DNA of 64,000 nt, from NCBI GenBank assembly GCA_964016885.1, contig OZ024741.1:54126001-54190000 (forward strand). The letters are read 5' to 3'. This DNA is from Eledone cirrhosa (taxonomy: Eukaryota). Position 1 is the stretch's first letter. Each line of letters begins with the position of its first letter. A program made the position numbers and the translations under genes. A model generated the notes under the pieces. It saw only the letters and a list, made by a program, of their open reading frames with translations. It was not told where the DNA came from and did no database searches. Shown one piece after another: positions 52,048-64,000 of the stretch.

Positions 52048-52051
52048 GATG

Positions 52052-52102
52052 AGATTCTACAGGACTAGAACTGTTTCATTCTTTAGAAATCATCAGGAAT
52101 CT
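52052..52102 (-). ncRNA. Type I hammerhead motif (3' half repeated on + at 53281-53312)
   Basis: agattc CTGATGA tttctaaagaat GAAA cag ttctagtc ct GTA gaatct. Confidence 0.75.
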
Positions 52103-52214
52103 GGGTATCAAAGAATAAGTATGGTATTTATATATATATATATATATATACATATATACATATACATACACACACATACATACACACATATATATGTATA
52201 TATATATCTCTTTT

Positions 52215-52428
52215 CGATCGACTTTCGTCAAATCGGACCGAGGGTACAATGTTTCCGTTGGTCTTTCCAATTGCTAATACTATCTATCGGTCGCAACTCC
52301 AGGTAGAAGGAGCAACGTGAAATAAAGTGTCTTGCTCAAGGACATAACGCATCGCCTGGTCCAGGAATCGAACTCACAACCCTACGATTGCGAATCCAAT
52401 ACCCTAACCACTCCGCCACACGCCTTCA
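52215..52428 (-). mobile_element. SINE family 2
   Basis: Near-identical to 40615-40829. Confidence 0.88.
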
Positions 52429-52489
52429 CATGTATATATATATATATATATATATAAATATATATATATACATACATATACATACACAC

Positions 52490-52522
<33 letters not shown>

Positions 52523-52653
52523 TATACACATCTATAACGAAAAATTGAACGGGAACAAAACAGAGGGGCAGAACAAACAAATGTTTATTAATTTCACGCT
52601 CTTGAGAGTGGGGTCACACATACACACACATATATATATACACACACATACAC

Positions 52654-52717
<64 letters not shown>

Positions 52718-52872
52718 TATATATACATATATACATATATATATACATATATACATACATACACATACATATACACACATATACATATATATATATATAT
52801 ACACACATACACACACTCACACACACATACATATATAAATACATACATACACATACATATACACATATACAC

Positions 52873-52922
<50 letters not shown>

Positions 52923-53000
52923 ACATATACGCACAGACATCCATATATATATATATATATATATACATACACACACATATATATACATACACATACACAC

Positions 53001-53057
<57 letters not shown>

Positions 53058-53080
53058 CACACATATACACATACATACAC

Positions 53081-53111
<31 letters not shown>

Positions 53112-53140
53112 TATACATACACACATACACATATACATAT

Positions 53141-53193
<53 letters not shown>

Positions 53194-53427
53194 CACATAT
53201 ATACACATATATACATATACACACATATATACATGTATATATATATATATATATATACATATATATACACACACACATACAAGAATGAAACAGTTCTAGT
53301 CCTGTAGAATCTCATCTATATTAAAACTTTTATACTCTGCAATGTATTGAGTACCTTACTTACTGTGGTTACCTCCGATTCAACCCGGAATAACGTATAT
53401 ATATATATATGAATTTTTATTTTATTC

Positions 53428-53640
53428 GATCGACTTTCGTCAAATCGGACCGAGGAAACAATGTTTCCATCGGTCTTTCCAGTTGCTAATACTATCTATC
53501 GGTCGCAACTCCAGGTAGAAGGAGCAACGTGAAATAAAATGTCTTGCTCAAGGACATAACGCATCGACTGGTCCAGGGCTTGAACTCACAACCTCAAGAT
53601 TGTGAATCCAATTCTCTAACCACTCAGCCACACGCCTTCA
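53428..53640 (-). mobile_element. SINE family 2
   Basis: Near-identical to 40615-40829. Confidence 0.88.
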
Positions 53641-53642
53641 TT

Positions 53643-53924
<282 letters not shown>

Positions 53925-54000
53925 AATATAACCTAATGTTTGTTGAGTGAGACGGTTACCAGTCAGAGTTTAGCTTTAAACTATCTCTGTTATTGTATTA

Positions 54001-54040
<40 letters not shown>

Positions 54041-54104
54041 GTGAGGTTTTTTTTACAAAATGAAAAATAACCGAAGTGTCCTACACGAGTGAAAGTATAA
54101 AGAA

Positions 54105-54309
<205 letters not shown>

Positions 54310-54389
54310 TATTTACGTATCTAGAGAGAGAAAAAAAGGGGAGGATAGGTGATACATATAGTTATTTGCCAAGTAGCGTATGCCAAAGG

Positions 54390-56020
54390 TGCTCGATACT
54401 AGTGCCGGCAGTATTAAATATTCGAAGGTTCTTCAAGTCATACGGCCTATCCGTAACTATGGACCTCAACCACAAGGTTGTCAACTTCCTGTACGTGACC
54501 CTGGAGTTGAGTACGGGCTTATACAAGCCATACTATAAGCCTGGAAAGTGCCTCTCTTATATTAATGTCTCCAACCACCCTAAGCAGACTCTCAACTCCA
54601 TAGTCTCACATAGAATCTCGAGGCTATCTGCTAATGAGGATATCTTCAACCAAGCGGCAGATTACTACAATAAGGCCTTGATAAGCGCCGGCTTTAACCA
54701 AGGAATTTCCTACATCCCTAACGCTAGCTCTAGAAACTACTCGTCTCATAAAACGAACGTTATAGTAAGCCATACCTATAACCGATCACGCGGCGACCTC
54801 GTTGAAGTCGGATATGATAGAATAGATAATCGCACTAAAGATGACGACCCCGGCGACGGTGACCACCGTAGATTACTCGAACTATTCCCCTATTACAAAA
54901 CCAACAAAGGCGACGGCCTACTACCAACGCCTTCCAACCAACATCTTCCTGTACATAAACATGGAAGAGGGAAGAATAGTGCACCCGAGCATAAAGTGAA
55001 AGGGGCACCTAACGGGCTACAGCGCATTAACATACATAAGAACGGTCACCTAGATGGAACCACCCGTAGCAAACGTACAAGGACACGTAATCGCCACCGC
55101 AACGTCCTATGGTTCCACCCCCCTACTCTCGGAGTGTGACCTACAACATACCCCGGATATTCTTCGGAGCCTTAGAGAAGAACTTTCCGCCTAACCATAG
55201 GTATAGAAAAATTCTTAATAGGAACAATATAAAAATATCCATCTCTACTACTCCTAACCTAGCAGACATCATAGGAACAACGAACCACAGTAAGATCACC
55301 AAGACACAGCACCTCGACACAGACGCACCTACACCTGACAATGACTATATCGGCCTTAACAACACCCTAGCAGCATCCAATACTGCTGGCAACGGCCTCC
55401 GCAGACGCAACCATCATAACCGCGAAATGACTGGGGAACATGCAGGACATGACGTTCGGAATAACAATCGTACCACCCCGCGTGCTATGGGTTGTAATGG
55501 TGCTAACGAAAGCTGCGGGAGCGTAGGTAACAACGTAGGCAGCAACAATGATAGCCTTACCGTGGGAAATAGACGGAACCGCGAGAGAAATTGCAACTGC
55601 CGCGACAGAGGACGCTGCCCCATTAGAGGATACTGCTTGACTGATAGGGTTATATATAGATGCACTGTAACTAGCCACAATAGCGTTAAACATTATATAG
55701 GTGATACCTCCGGCACGTTCAAAATTAGGTTTCGAACACATCTCCACTCTTTCACAAATAAAAAACTAAGACACTCCACTTCGCTCGCGGACTACATCAC
55801 ATCATTAAAGGACTCAAACATCAGATTCTCCACGCACTGGGATATTGTCAGCAGCGCTCCACCGTACAACTTCAAGAGGAAGTGCGATCTTTGCTTCATG
55901 GAGCTCTACCACATCATAACTGCACCCCACGACCTCATCAACAGCAGAGCTGAAACAGCGATATCTTGTACACATCGCTTAAAAATATCCTTCTTCAGAT
56001 GGGTTAAGGATGAGGAGTGA
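54390..56020 (+). pseudogene. PLE RT C-terminus plus GIY-YIG endonuclease, frameshift near 55120
   Basis: VNFLYVTL, YINVSNHP, RNVLWFHPP/YS, CNCR..CP..GYC..VIY..YIG..FKIR..H, CDLC. Confidence 0.88.
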
Positions 56021-56479
56021 AACCGTGCACCTGATCTCCCTGCAACGAGTATTAACACCCCGGCGGGCAGGCGCTGCAAAATAACACCCAGGAAACATAC
56101 CATGCATACCAGACCCAGCCTCAAACGACCCAGACAAACAGATGCGGATAACAAACTTCTCGAAATAAGCGTTGGATACATGACCCTGTGCGTATCGACA
56201 ATGGTAAGGTTGTAACGGATAAAAATGTGTCCGGGAAAGACTGCCCTAACACCGGCCAGAGTTACATCCCTTGACCTGCTGCAAAATCAAAACAAGGTAT
56301 TTTTGCGAGCAATGAACCATGACGTGAATTTAATCCCAAAACTCTTTCCGAGCAATGTAAGGAACACTTTTGGTTATTTATGCCCTTGAGAAGCCCAACT
56401 GGCGAAACGTACGTAGGTGGTGTTTTAAATAAACATGTTTTAACGGTCTATTCTCCGCTCTCTTACTTTTCCACGTATA

Positions 56480-56480
<1 letters not shown>
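54390..56480 (+). mobile_element. 5'-truncated Penelope-like element (tentatively Naiad-like)
   Basis: RT C-terminus, linker, GIY-YIG and a degenerate hammerhead at ~56381-56418; (AT)n flanks. Confidence 0.88.
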
Positions 56481-56534
<54 letters not shown>

Positions 56535-56623
56535 ATATATATTGACCGCTCTACTGCTCCAAGTATTGAGTACACTGGTGAGTAATGGTCTACTGGTTTT
56601 TACCGCTTCCATTCTGATATACC

Positions 56624-56684
<61 letters not shown>

Positions 56685-56688
56685 ATAT

Positions 56689-56882
56689 AGGAAAATCTAT
56701 GACCCCGACGGCAGAGCTCAAGCAGTTTTGACGGCTATTTCTGGACTGAGATAGCCGTCGAAACGGCTTGAGCTCTGCCGTCGGGGTCATACATTTTCCT
56801 ATTACCCACTCTACTACCCTAATTATTGGGTACGCTGGTGCGTTATGGTCCATCTGGTTCCTTACCACAACTCATTCGTTAT
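56689..56882 (+). mobile_element. Family P fold-back element copy 5
   Basis: Homologous to copy 1. Confidence 0.83.
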
Positions 56883-56884
56883 TT

Positions 56885-58285
56885 CTCTATATATAAAACG
56901 GAAGATGTCTGTCTGTGTGTGTGTATGATTTTTATGCGTTTCCACATTTCTCTACCGATTTTGATGATATTTCTCCCAGTGTGCTCCAAATTTAACAACG
57001 ATGGTCAACGAGTAATAAACTTTGCCAAAAATCGATAAAACTAAATGCATGATGTAAACCTCTCTCTTACACGCTTATTCACTCTCTCTATTACCTAACA
57101 GCGACAAAACTTCGTTCAGGAACGCGACATAAACTTTAAAAACTAAGCAACACATCATTTTATACAACAAACAAAATAATAATGCTCTCTCCGTAGCTCT
57201 TCCCTCTCTCTATAATAGATCATTCCCCCTCTCTATAATTTAACTGCTTTACTCTCTTCATGCTTTGAGGTTTAACTCACCTCCCTATAGTTTCTTAGCT
57301 TTATTCTCTCTGTCGCTCTTCCCTCTCTCTATAATAGATTGTTCCCCCTCACTATAATTTAACTGCTTTACTCTCTCTGTCGCTCTTCTCTCTCTATATG
57401 AAAACACTGTTTACACACCTCCCTATAGTTTCTTAGCTTTACTCTCTCCATCACTCTTCCCTCTCTCTATAATAGATTATTCCCGCTCTCTATAATTTAA
57501 CTGATGGGGGAGTCATTGGAGTTCCGTATTGACATACGGCTTTTCTGGGGTATTTTAAATCGGCTTATTGCAAATATCAACCCGCAAAATAACACTTCAT
57601 ATAACAGATTAATGCTATAGACATATGAATCGGAATGTTTAAATTATTTATTTTTTACGACTTTCATTGGTTAAATATTAATATGACAACACCCATAGTG
57701 TTGTACTTCTGGCAATTCTGCCGAATACACTGCCAAGGATGAACCTTTTCCCCTCGGCGTCAGATATCCCGTTAGATTTCCGGCGATCCCAATTCCCGGT
57801 GAGACCATGTTTTGCCATGTCCATTAACAAATCACAAGGGCAAACATTGTCGGTGGCGGGCATCCATTTGGGGGAGCCATGCTTCTCCCATGGCCAACTT
57901 TATGTTGCCTGTTCCTGCGTAGGGAGCAGGAATGGACTTTTTGCTTACACTCCTCAAAGGATGACACGCAATATCGTCTACAAAGAGGTGCTACAGATGT
58001 TGGTGCAGGTGTTGGAGGTGTTGGAGGTAGGATCACCCATGGCGGATAGATCTGATACCCAGCGGCATCAGGGCCACCATCTTGCAACTTTGGTCTGCTA
58101 AATTCGCTATTGGAAGATTATTAACCCATCATTGATTTTCCAAAATGCTAATTGGTTCGTAACTTTTAATAACCGGTTCAACTGCTTTATGCACTTAATT
58201 GATAAGCTTATTCGCTTTCAAGCCACGTTCACCTGTATGTAACTTTTCATAGCAAATGAACAAACCCGAGCAACGCCAGGCTAAA
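56885..58285 (+). mobile_element. Non-autonomous Helitron derivative with internal tandem repeats (~57180-57500)
   Basis: 5' TC-TATATATAAAA start, helicase fragment, 3' cccgagcaacgccagg hairpin; terminal CTAG not evident. Confidence 0.65.
57745..57996 (+). pseudogene. PIF1-like helicase C-terminal fragment (Helitron RepHel)
   Basis: FRRSQFPVRPCFAMSINKSQGQTL...FSHGQLYVACS..TRNIVYKEVL. Confidence 0.92.
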
Positions 58286-58455
58286 GTGAATAAGCACTAT
58301 AAATTTCGCGCCAATTCGTGTTGCAAAAATTCTTGTAGTCAAAACAATTTTGATTGGTCGGTAGAAGTCACGTGAATGTTTAAATTGATTTTAGCGCGAA
58401 CTGGTTTCGCGCCAAATGTAGGTTTGTCGAAGAGTGTCCCTTTCATTCGAGTATG

Positions 58456-58486
<31 letters not shown>

Positions 58487-60629
58487 CGTATGCAGATATT
58501 TACCGCTGTGTGTCTATGTGTATATTTGTGTGAATGTTTTGATATACAGATATTATTCATACATTATATGACCCCGTTTGATTTTTTTTCATGCATAATG
58601 TATTTGATACTACTAGCAACGATGAAGTTGTTTGAAATATGCCATAGTATCTACCAATATATATTCCGAAATGCAATTAATGGAAGAGTTTCTGCAAATT
58701 TTTATCTAACTTACTAATAAGAATTAATATATGCATCTATACTTCTTACGAACATAGCACCAGGGCCTAAACTATCCATGCATTCTATGGCAGGATAATA
58801 TTTTATTGAACCAACATATCATATTTATTTGTGTAAATTATTAGAAACAGGAACAGAGAGAAATTACTAAACATGGTGCGCTAGAGAAGAAAAAGAAGAT
58901 AAATAATAAAGAAAAAGAAATGATCGAAAAAATACGATCACGAATACAAACGGCCGAAATAGATTTCCGCCAAATCGTCTTTAGAGTAACGTTACTCGAT
59001 AGATTGCGTAGCTAGAGACTAGGGATTCTCTCCAGGTAGAACCACTAACTCTCCGAATCGGGAAATCACAGCTCCGATGCTACGAAGATGTGTATAGAAT
59101 GTCCAAGGAAAGAATGGCTAGATAGATTTTACCATCTGGTTATAGATTCAAAGGTAGATCAAGAGCAAAACGGTTGGATAATGTCCTTGAGCTCGGTATC
59201 GCTTGGGTATCGATCCTGTTCATTTGGAAGCAATTGCTTCTAACTGGGGGGGGGGGAGATGAATTTGAGGACTCTGCCCTCAGGACACTACCAAGAAGAA
59301 GAAGAAGAAGAAGAAGAAGAAGAAGAAGAAGAAGAAGAACAACAACAACAACAACAACAAAAACAACAACATCAACAACAACAATAACAAAGAGGAATGT
59401 ACAAGGCTAAAATAAGTATCCTTGATTGTATGGTATATCTCAGCGGCGTCCTGCGGACCAGATCACGATAGCATTGCGGTGAAAACACCCAGTGATACAC
59501 ATTGCATCAATTATTCCACGTAGATGTGTTCCTTCCTCAAAGCAGATGCTCTCACTCAGACCTTGCGGAGGAAAACGTCAGTTCCCGCACCAAGGACTCG
59601 ATTTCGATGGCTACCGGCATTACAAGTAAACGATCAGTTAAACCCGGTCTTCCGCTCTTCTGTGTCACACGTGGCGGTGCCCGGTAATATTGGCAGAAGC
59701 AACGAGATTGGCATCGAAGAACGTGTCTCAAGATATGGCATCCCAGAGTAGTGAATAACCTTTATATTCGGGAAAACAGTATTTTACACTACAATTGTGT
59801 CGAGAAAACAACCGGTGTCTAGTGACCTTCTAATGCTGTCACTCAAATCATGTACTGTAGCAACAAGAGAGTGGGTGTTGTACAAACTCGTTACAGTGAG
59901 TCCCACAGCAACATTTATGTGGATCACACAGGCTGATGTCAGTGTGCTGCGCTACTTGCTTACAAATGTACTACTTATCGAGGCGTGTAGCGGTTGATGA
60001 AGACCAATTGAGATACCGGAGGTAGGATGGTCTTTGTCGATCTAGGGATAACTCAATCACCGTGCAGGTTAAACTATATATTATGTTGTACCATTTACAA
60101 TAGTAACCTACATACTGGGAAACTTTGAAACCAGTGTTCACCCAGAAGACAAGAACTGACTCAAGTTCTGGGTTCAAATTAGGTTTCGAAGTTTCGTGTA
60201 GAACCATGGATACGCGATGGGGGATGGTAGATAAAAGTTAGACTAATAGTGCAAGGTCGGGTATTGGTCGGCCCCTAAGGCCAGCGAACATGACGGTTAG
60301 TTCCACTTGTTTCCAGCCTGTGTCCTCAAAACTAACATTGCAGGTGAATTCGACGAATAGTGACGCCAAGTGCCCTAATTTGTCTTCCATGGGGTCGACA
60401 ACGCTCAGTGCGCAGCGAACAGTATCATTGAAATATTTTAACAAAAAAATCAATTAATGGCGTGTGTTTAAAATAAGACTTCAACATAACAATAGAGTCA
60501 ACTTTTCAGAAATACAACAAAGAATACATCCATTATTACCCTGAGTATCATGCACGGCATGTTCTACTATCTTCCAAATGAATTTAACTTCGATATTGAA
60601 ATGACATTCTTGTTATTACACGCATGACT

Positions 60630-60840
60630 AAGGGCGGTGAATTGGCGGAATCGTTAGATGTGAAACAAAATTCTATATAACATTTATTTACGGCTTTTTA
60701 CGTTCTGATTCAAATCCCGTCGAGGTTAGCTTTGTCTTTCATCTATCCTGGTCGATGAAGTAGTCAAGTACTAGGGTCGATGTAATCGATTTTTCACGCT
60801 TCTAAAATTGCTGGATCTGTTGCCTAAATTAGAAACAATC
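60630..60840 (+). mobile_element. Diverged SINE family 1-related copy with 15-bp TSD attacacgYatgact
   Basis: TSD at 60615-60629 and 60841-60855. Confidence 0.82.
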
Positions 60841-61249
60841 ATTACACGTATGACTTCCGAACACTAAGATGGCTTCAGAAAAAAAAATCAGGTTGGCTTA
60901 ATTAAAGACTAATCACCAAATATTGAAGATGCTACAAACCTCCACACTGTTAACTAGACTTTAACATGCTTAAAATTTAGAAACAATATATATTTGTAAT
61001 TGAGGAAGCAAAATAAACGTTTCAATATCTATATATTTCTTTTCGCGATCCACCTGATAATATAATTAAATTTAATATAACAAATACCAGTATAGGAATA
61101 TCTAGTATTATTTTAATTCGTCTATTATCTACTGCATACTTTCATATGGCGTCCTCATAGGTTGTTCACCACAGAAGTACAACTCATTTCCCCGCAAGTA
61201 TTCGTCTTATATTAAATGAAACTGTCAGAATAAAACTTCTTATAGCGAC

Positions 61250-62008
61250 GTGTTTGAAGCTTTTCTGTACAGAGGACAACGCCGCGAGTCTGGTTTTGAG
61301 AATAGACCTAGGAAAAATAGATCCCGACGCATTATATGGTATAACCCACCATATAATATTGAGGTGGCCACACCATTAGCTAAGAACTTTCTCTCCCTTA
61401 TTATGAAGCATTTCCCTCCATCACATACATATATTAAAATTTTTAATAGAAATATCATTAACATTTCTTACGTTACGTCTCCTAACCTTGCACATAACAT
61501 CACAGCTTCAAATTTAGCTAAACTACCTAGCCGTAGGAACATGTGCAACCCTGTAGCTAGTACAAACTGTAATTGTAGGAATCGGGTTGATTGCCACCTA
61601 TCCGGGAAATGCCTCTCTAGTAACATTGTCTACAAATGTAAGGTTGAAACACCCAAGTCCCGTAGGGCCTACATAGGGTTAACCGCCAATATATTCAAGC
61701 AGCGTCTTTACATGCATACTCATTCTTTTCTTAACACTTTAAGAAGGAATATGACGTCACTTTCAGCTTATATCTGGAGTCTAAAAGACAACTACACCCA
61801 ATATAAGTTACACTGGGCGATCCTAGCTAAGGCTCGATCGTATAACGGAAATAAAAGACCATGTGACCTCTGCGCCGCTGAGGCCCTGGAAATATTCTAC
61901 GCCAAAGACCACATCTTAAACAAAAAATCTGAGGCAATTTCGGCTTGTAAACATAAATTTCACAAAACTTTCCTGTATTACAGCCCCACATTATACCCTA
62001 ACGGATAG
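61250..62008 (+). pseudogene. PLE linker plus GIY-YIG endonuclease (second Naiad-like family; decayed RT upstream from ~60880)
   Basis: RRIIWYNPPY, KHFP, IFNRN, CNCRNRVDCHLSGKC..IVY..YIG, CDLC, CKH. Confidence 0.9.
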
Positions 62009-62721
62009 TACGAACTATACGCGGATATTTTACGTCTTGATGTGGTAGCTAAGTATATGTTATGTTAATACCATTACTTATTCGTATAGGTAAGTATATA
62101 TTACCTCTATGCTTTATGAAGGTACGTATACTTTCTCGTACGTATAATTTCTTGTATATGTTATAGGCGTATATATTATATTATATATACTCGTACATGT
62201 GCATTTGGTTATGTGTATACGTGAGTTTTGCGCTTGTGTGAGTATGCGGGTTCGTACGTATGTAGGGTGTGTATATATGTGAAATTTGTGTTTTCGTTGA
62301 CGTAGGTCCGCGAAGATATGTGTATTTACATGTAGGTATGTGTGTGCACACGTTATATACGTATTTATGTGTGTATATTTATATACGTTTATTTAATTAT
62401 GTATACACGCACACACACACACACACATGTATATGTATATATGTTTTTAAATATATTTTATGTGTATTTGGTGTATACGTTCGTATGTGTGCGGGTAAAG
62501 GCGTTGCGTGAGTTCTGTATGTGCGTGCGTGTTTTTTTTTCTTTTTGTTTTTTTTTGTTTTTGTGTACGTGCTTGTATTTGCATACCCATGGCGAGTGTT
62601 TTCGCGTATACCTGTGTATGTACGTATTTGGATGCGTGTATGTATATATTTAATTTCAATTACCTCTGTATTTTATTTAATTTATTCTTAACTCTGAAGC
62701 CGAGAATCATTCGGTTTCCTA

Positions 62722-63001
62722 AATAGAATTTTAGTTTACGACTTCAGTTATACCATTTACGTGGTTTTGTCATTGCGTGTAATTTTTCTCATTACTCCAC
62801 GTAATGACGTATTATCTTCGTTTTTTCCGTTCATTGCCAGAGAACGTCTCCGTGAACCACCTAATAGAATATTAGTCTACGACTTTATTTATACCATAAA
62901 CGTAGTTTTGTCTTTGCGTGTAATTGTTCTCACCGCACCAAATAATGACGTATTATATTCGTTTTTTCCCGTTCTTTGCCAGGGAACGTTTCCACGAACC
63001 A
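62722..63001. repeat. Diverged ~141-bp tandem duplication
   Basis: tagaat..acgactt..ttgcgtgtaatt..aatgacgtattat..gaacca occurs twice. Confidence 0.8.
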
Positions 63002-63147
63002 AAGTATCGTCTTCCTGTCTTCCTCCGGTAGCAACGTTTTTTGAAATATTTACTTCTGGGTTCACAGGTTGACTTTGTTAGTTTCAGAAGATCCCGTTAA
63101 GGGTGATAGCAGCGATTCTTTGCTTAAACTTTAATCTGTTATTTTAA

Positions 63148-63218
<71 letters not shown>

Positions 63219-63406
63219 GTCTATTATCTCTCTATCTCTCTATCCATCTATCTTGACATATAATTAAGCATGCCTTCACTCAATGAAAGAACATCTACAA
63301 TAATAAACAGGAAGTAATTTCCACATTATCACCGGGTAACTTTATACCAATATCTTGTGCATATATGTACATGCTTATATATATATACACATATATATAT
63401 ATATAT

Positions 63407-63500
63407 AGGAACATTTTTTCCTATGACCCACTCTATTATCCTAAGTACTGAGTACTTTGGTGCGTTATGTTCCATCTGGTACCTTACCACACTTCCTTCG

Positions 63501-63502
<2 letters not shown>
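63407..63502 (+). mobile_element. Family P element with collapsed palindrome
   Basis: ataggaa..ttcctat followed by the same tail. Confidence 0.8.
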
Positions 63503-63553
<51 letters not shown>

Positions 63554-63558
63554 CATAC

Positions 63559-63783
<225 letters not shown>

Positions 63784-63786
63784 AAC

Positions 63787-64000
63787 ATTAGGATTGGTGC
63801 TCTGAAATAGCGATGTATACATGAATGTATGTATAGTATATTTGGCAATATACCTTATGTTTAATTAAAATCATTTTGCAGACCTTGCGCTATTATCTTA
63901 AAGTAGTGACTATGTCACTTACTTCTTTTTTCGACAAAGGAAGGGAGAGAAGCTGACAGATTCTGTTCCACACTGTTGGTGTTTATAGAAGCTGGATTCT
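63787..64000 (-). mobile_element. Diverged relative of the 321-bp hammerhead unit
   Basis: ttaggattggtgctctgaaatagc..ttaattaaaatcattttg..cacttactt aligns to 42303 onward. Confidence 0.75.

Noticed and set aside
57739-58101. Host PIF1 helicase gene
   Set aside because: Only a C-terminal fragment within Helitron-like termini
59400-60450. Possible Gypsy integrase (SRYGIPE) or PLE RT remnants
   Set aside because: Too decayed to support by eye; needs tBLASTn/HMM

Overview
This is repeat-saturated animal genomic DNA with no recognisable host gene, rRNA, intact tRNA or CRISPR array. The SINE families and very dense (AT)n tracts suggest a cephalopod, probably Octopus (inference). The first 17 kb holds trinucleotide repeats and a head-to-tail array of Tx1/L1-clade LINEs separated by (ATT)n: a 3' fragment, a decayed full copy A and an intact two-ORF copy B. 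Two more decayed copies (C, D) lie at 35-40 kb, with D starting in an ATT run inside C. All four carry a splice-donor, pyrimidine tract and AG cassette at the ORF1/ORF2 junction, and three share a 5'UTR twin hairpin. A tRNA-derived SINE shares their 3' tail and ATT target. The (AT)n-rich remainder contains Penelope-like (GIY-YIG) element pieces, about ten hammerhead-ribozyme motifs (some with a U3-A8 core, three in a 321-bp tandem/inverted unit) and many fold-back palindromes that look like insertion footprints. RTE, CR1 and Helitron remnants are also present. Most ORF-track entries are microsatellite artefacts. All alignments and folds were done by eye.
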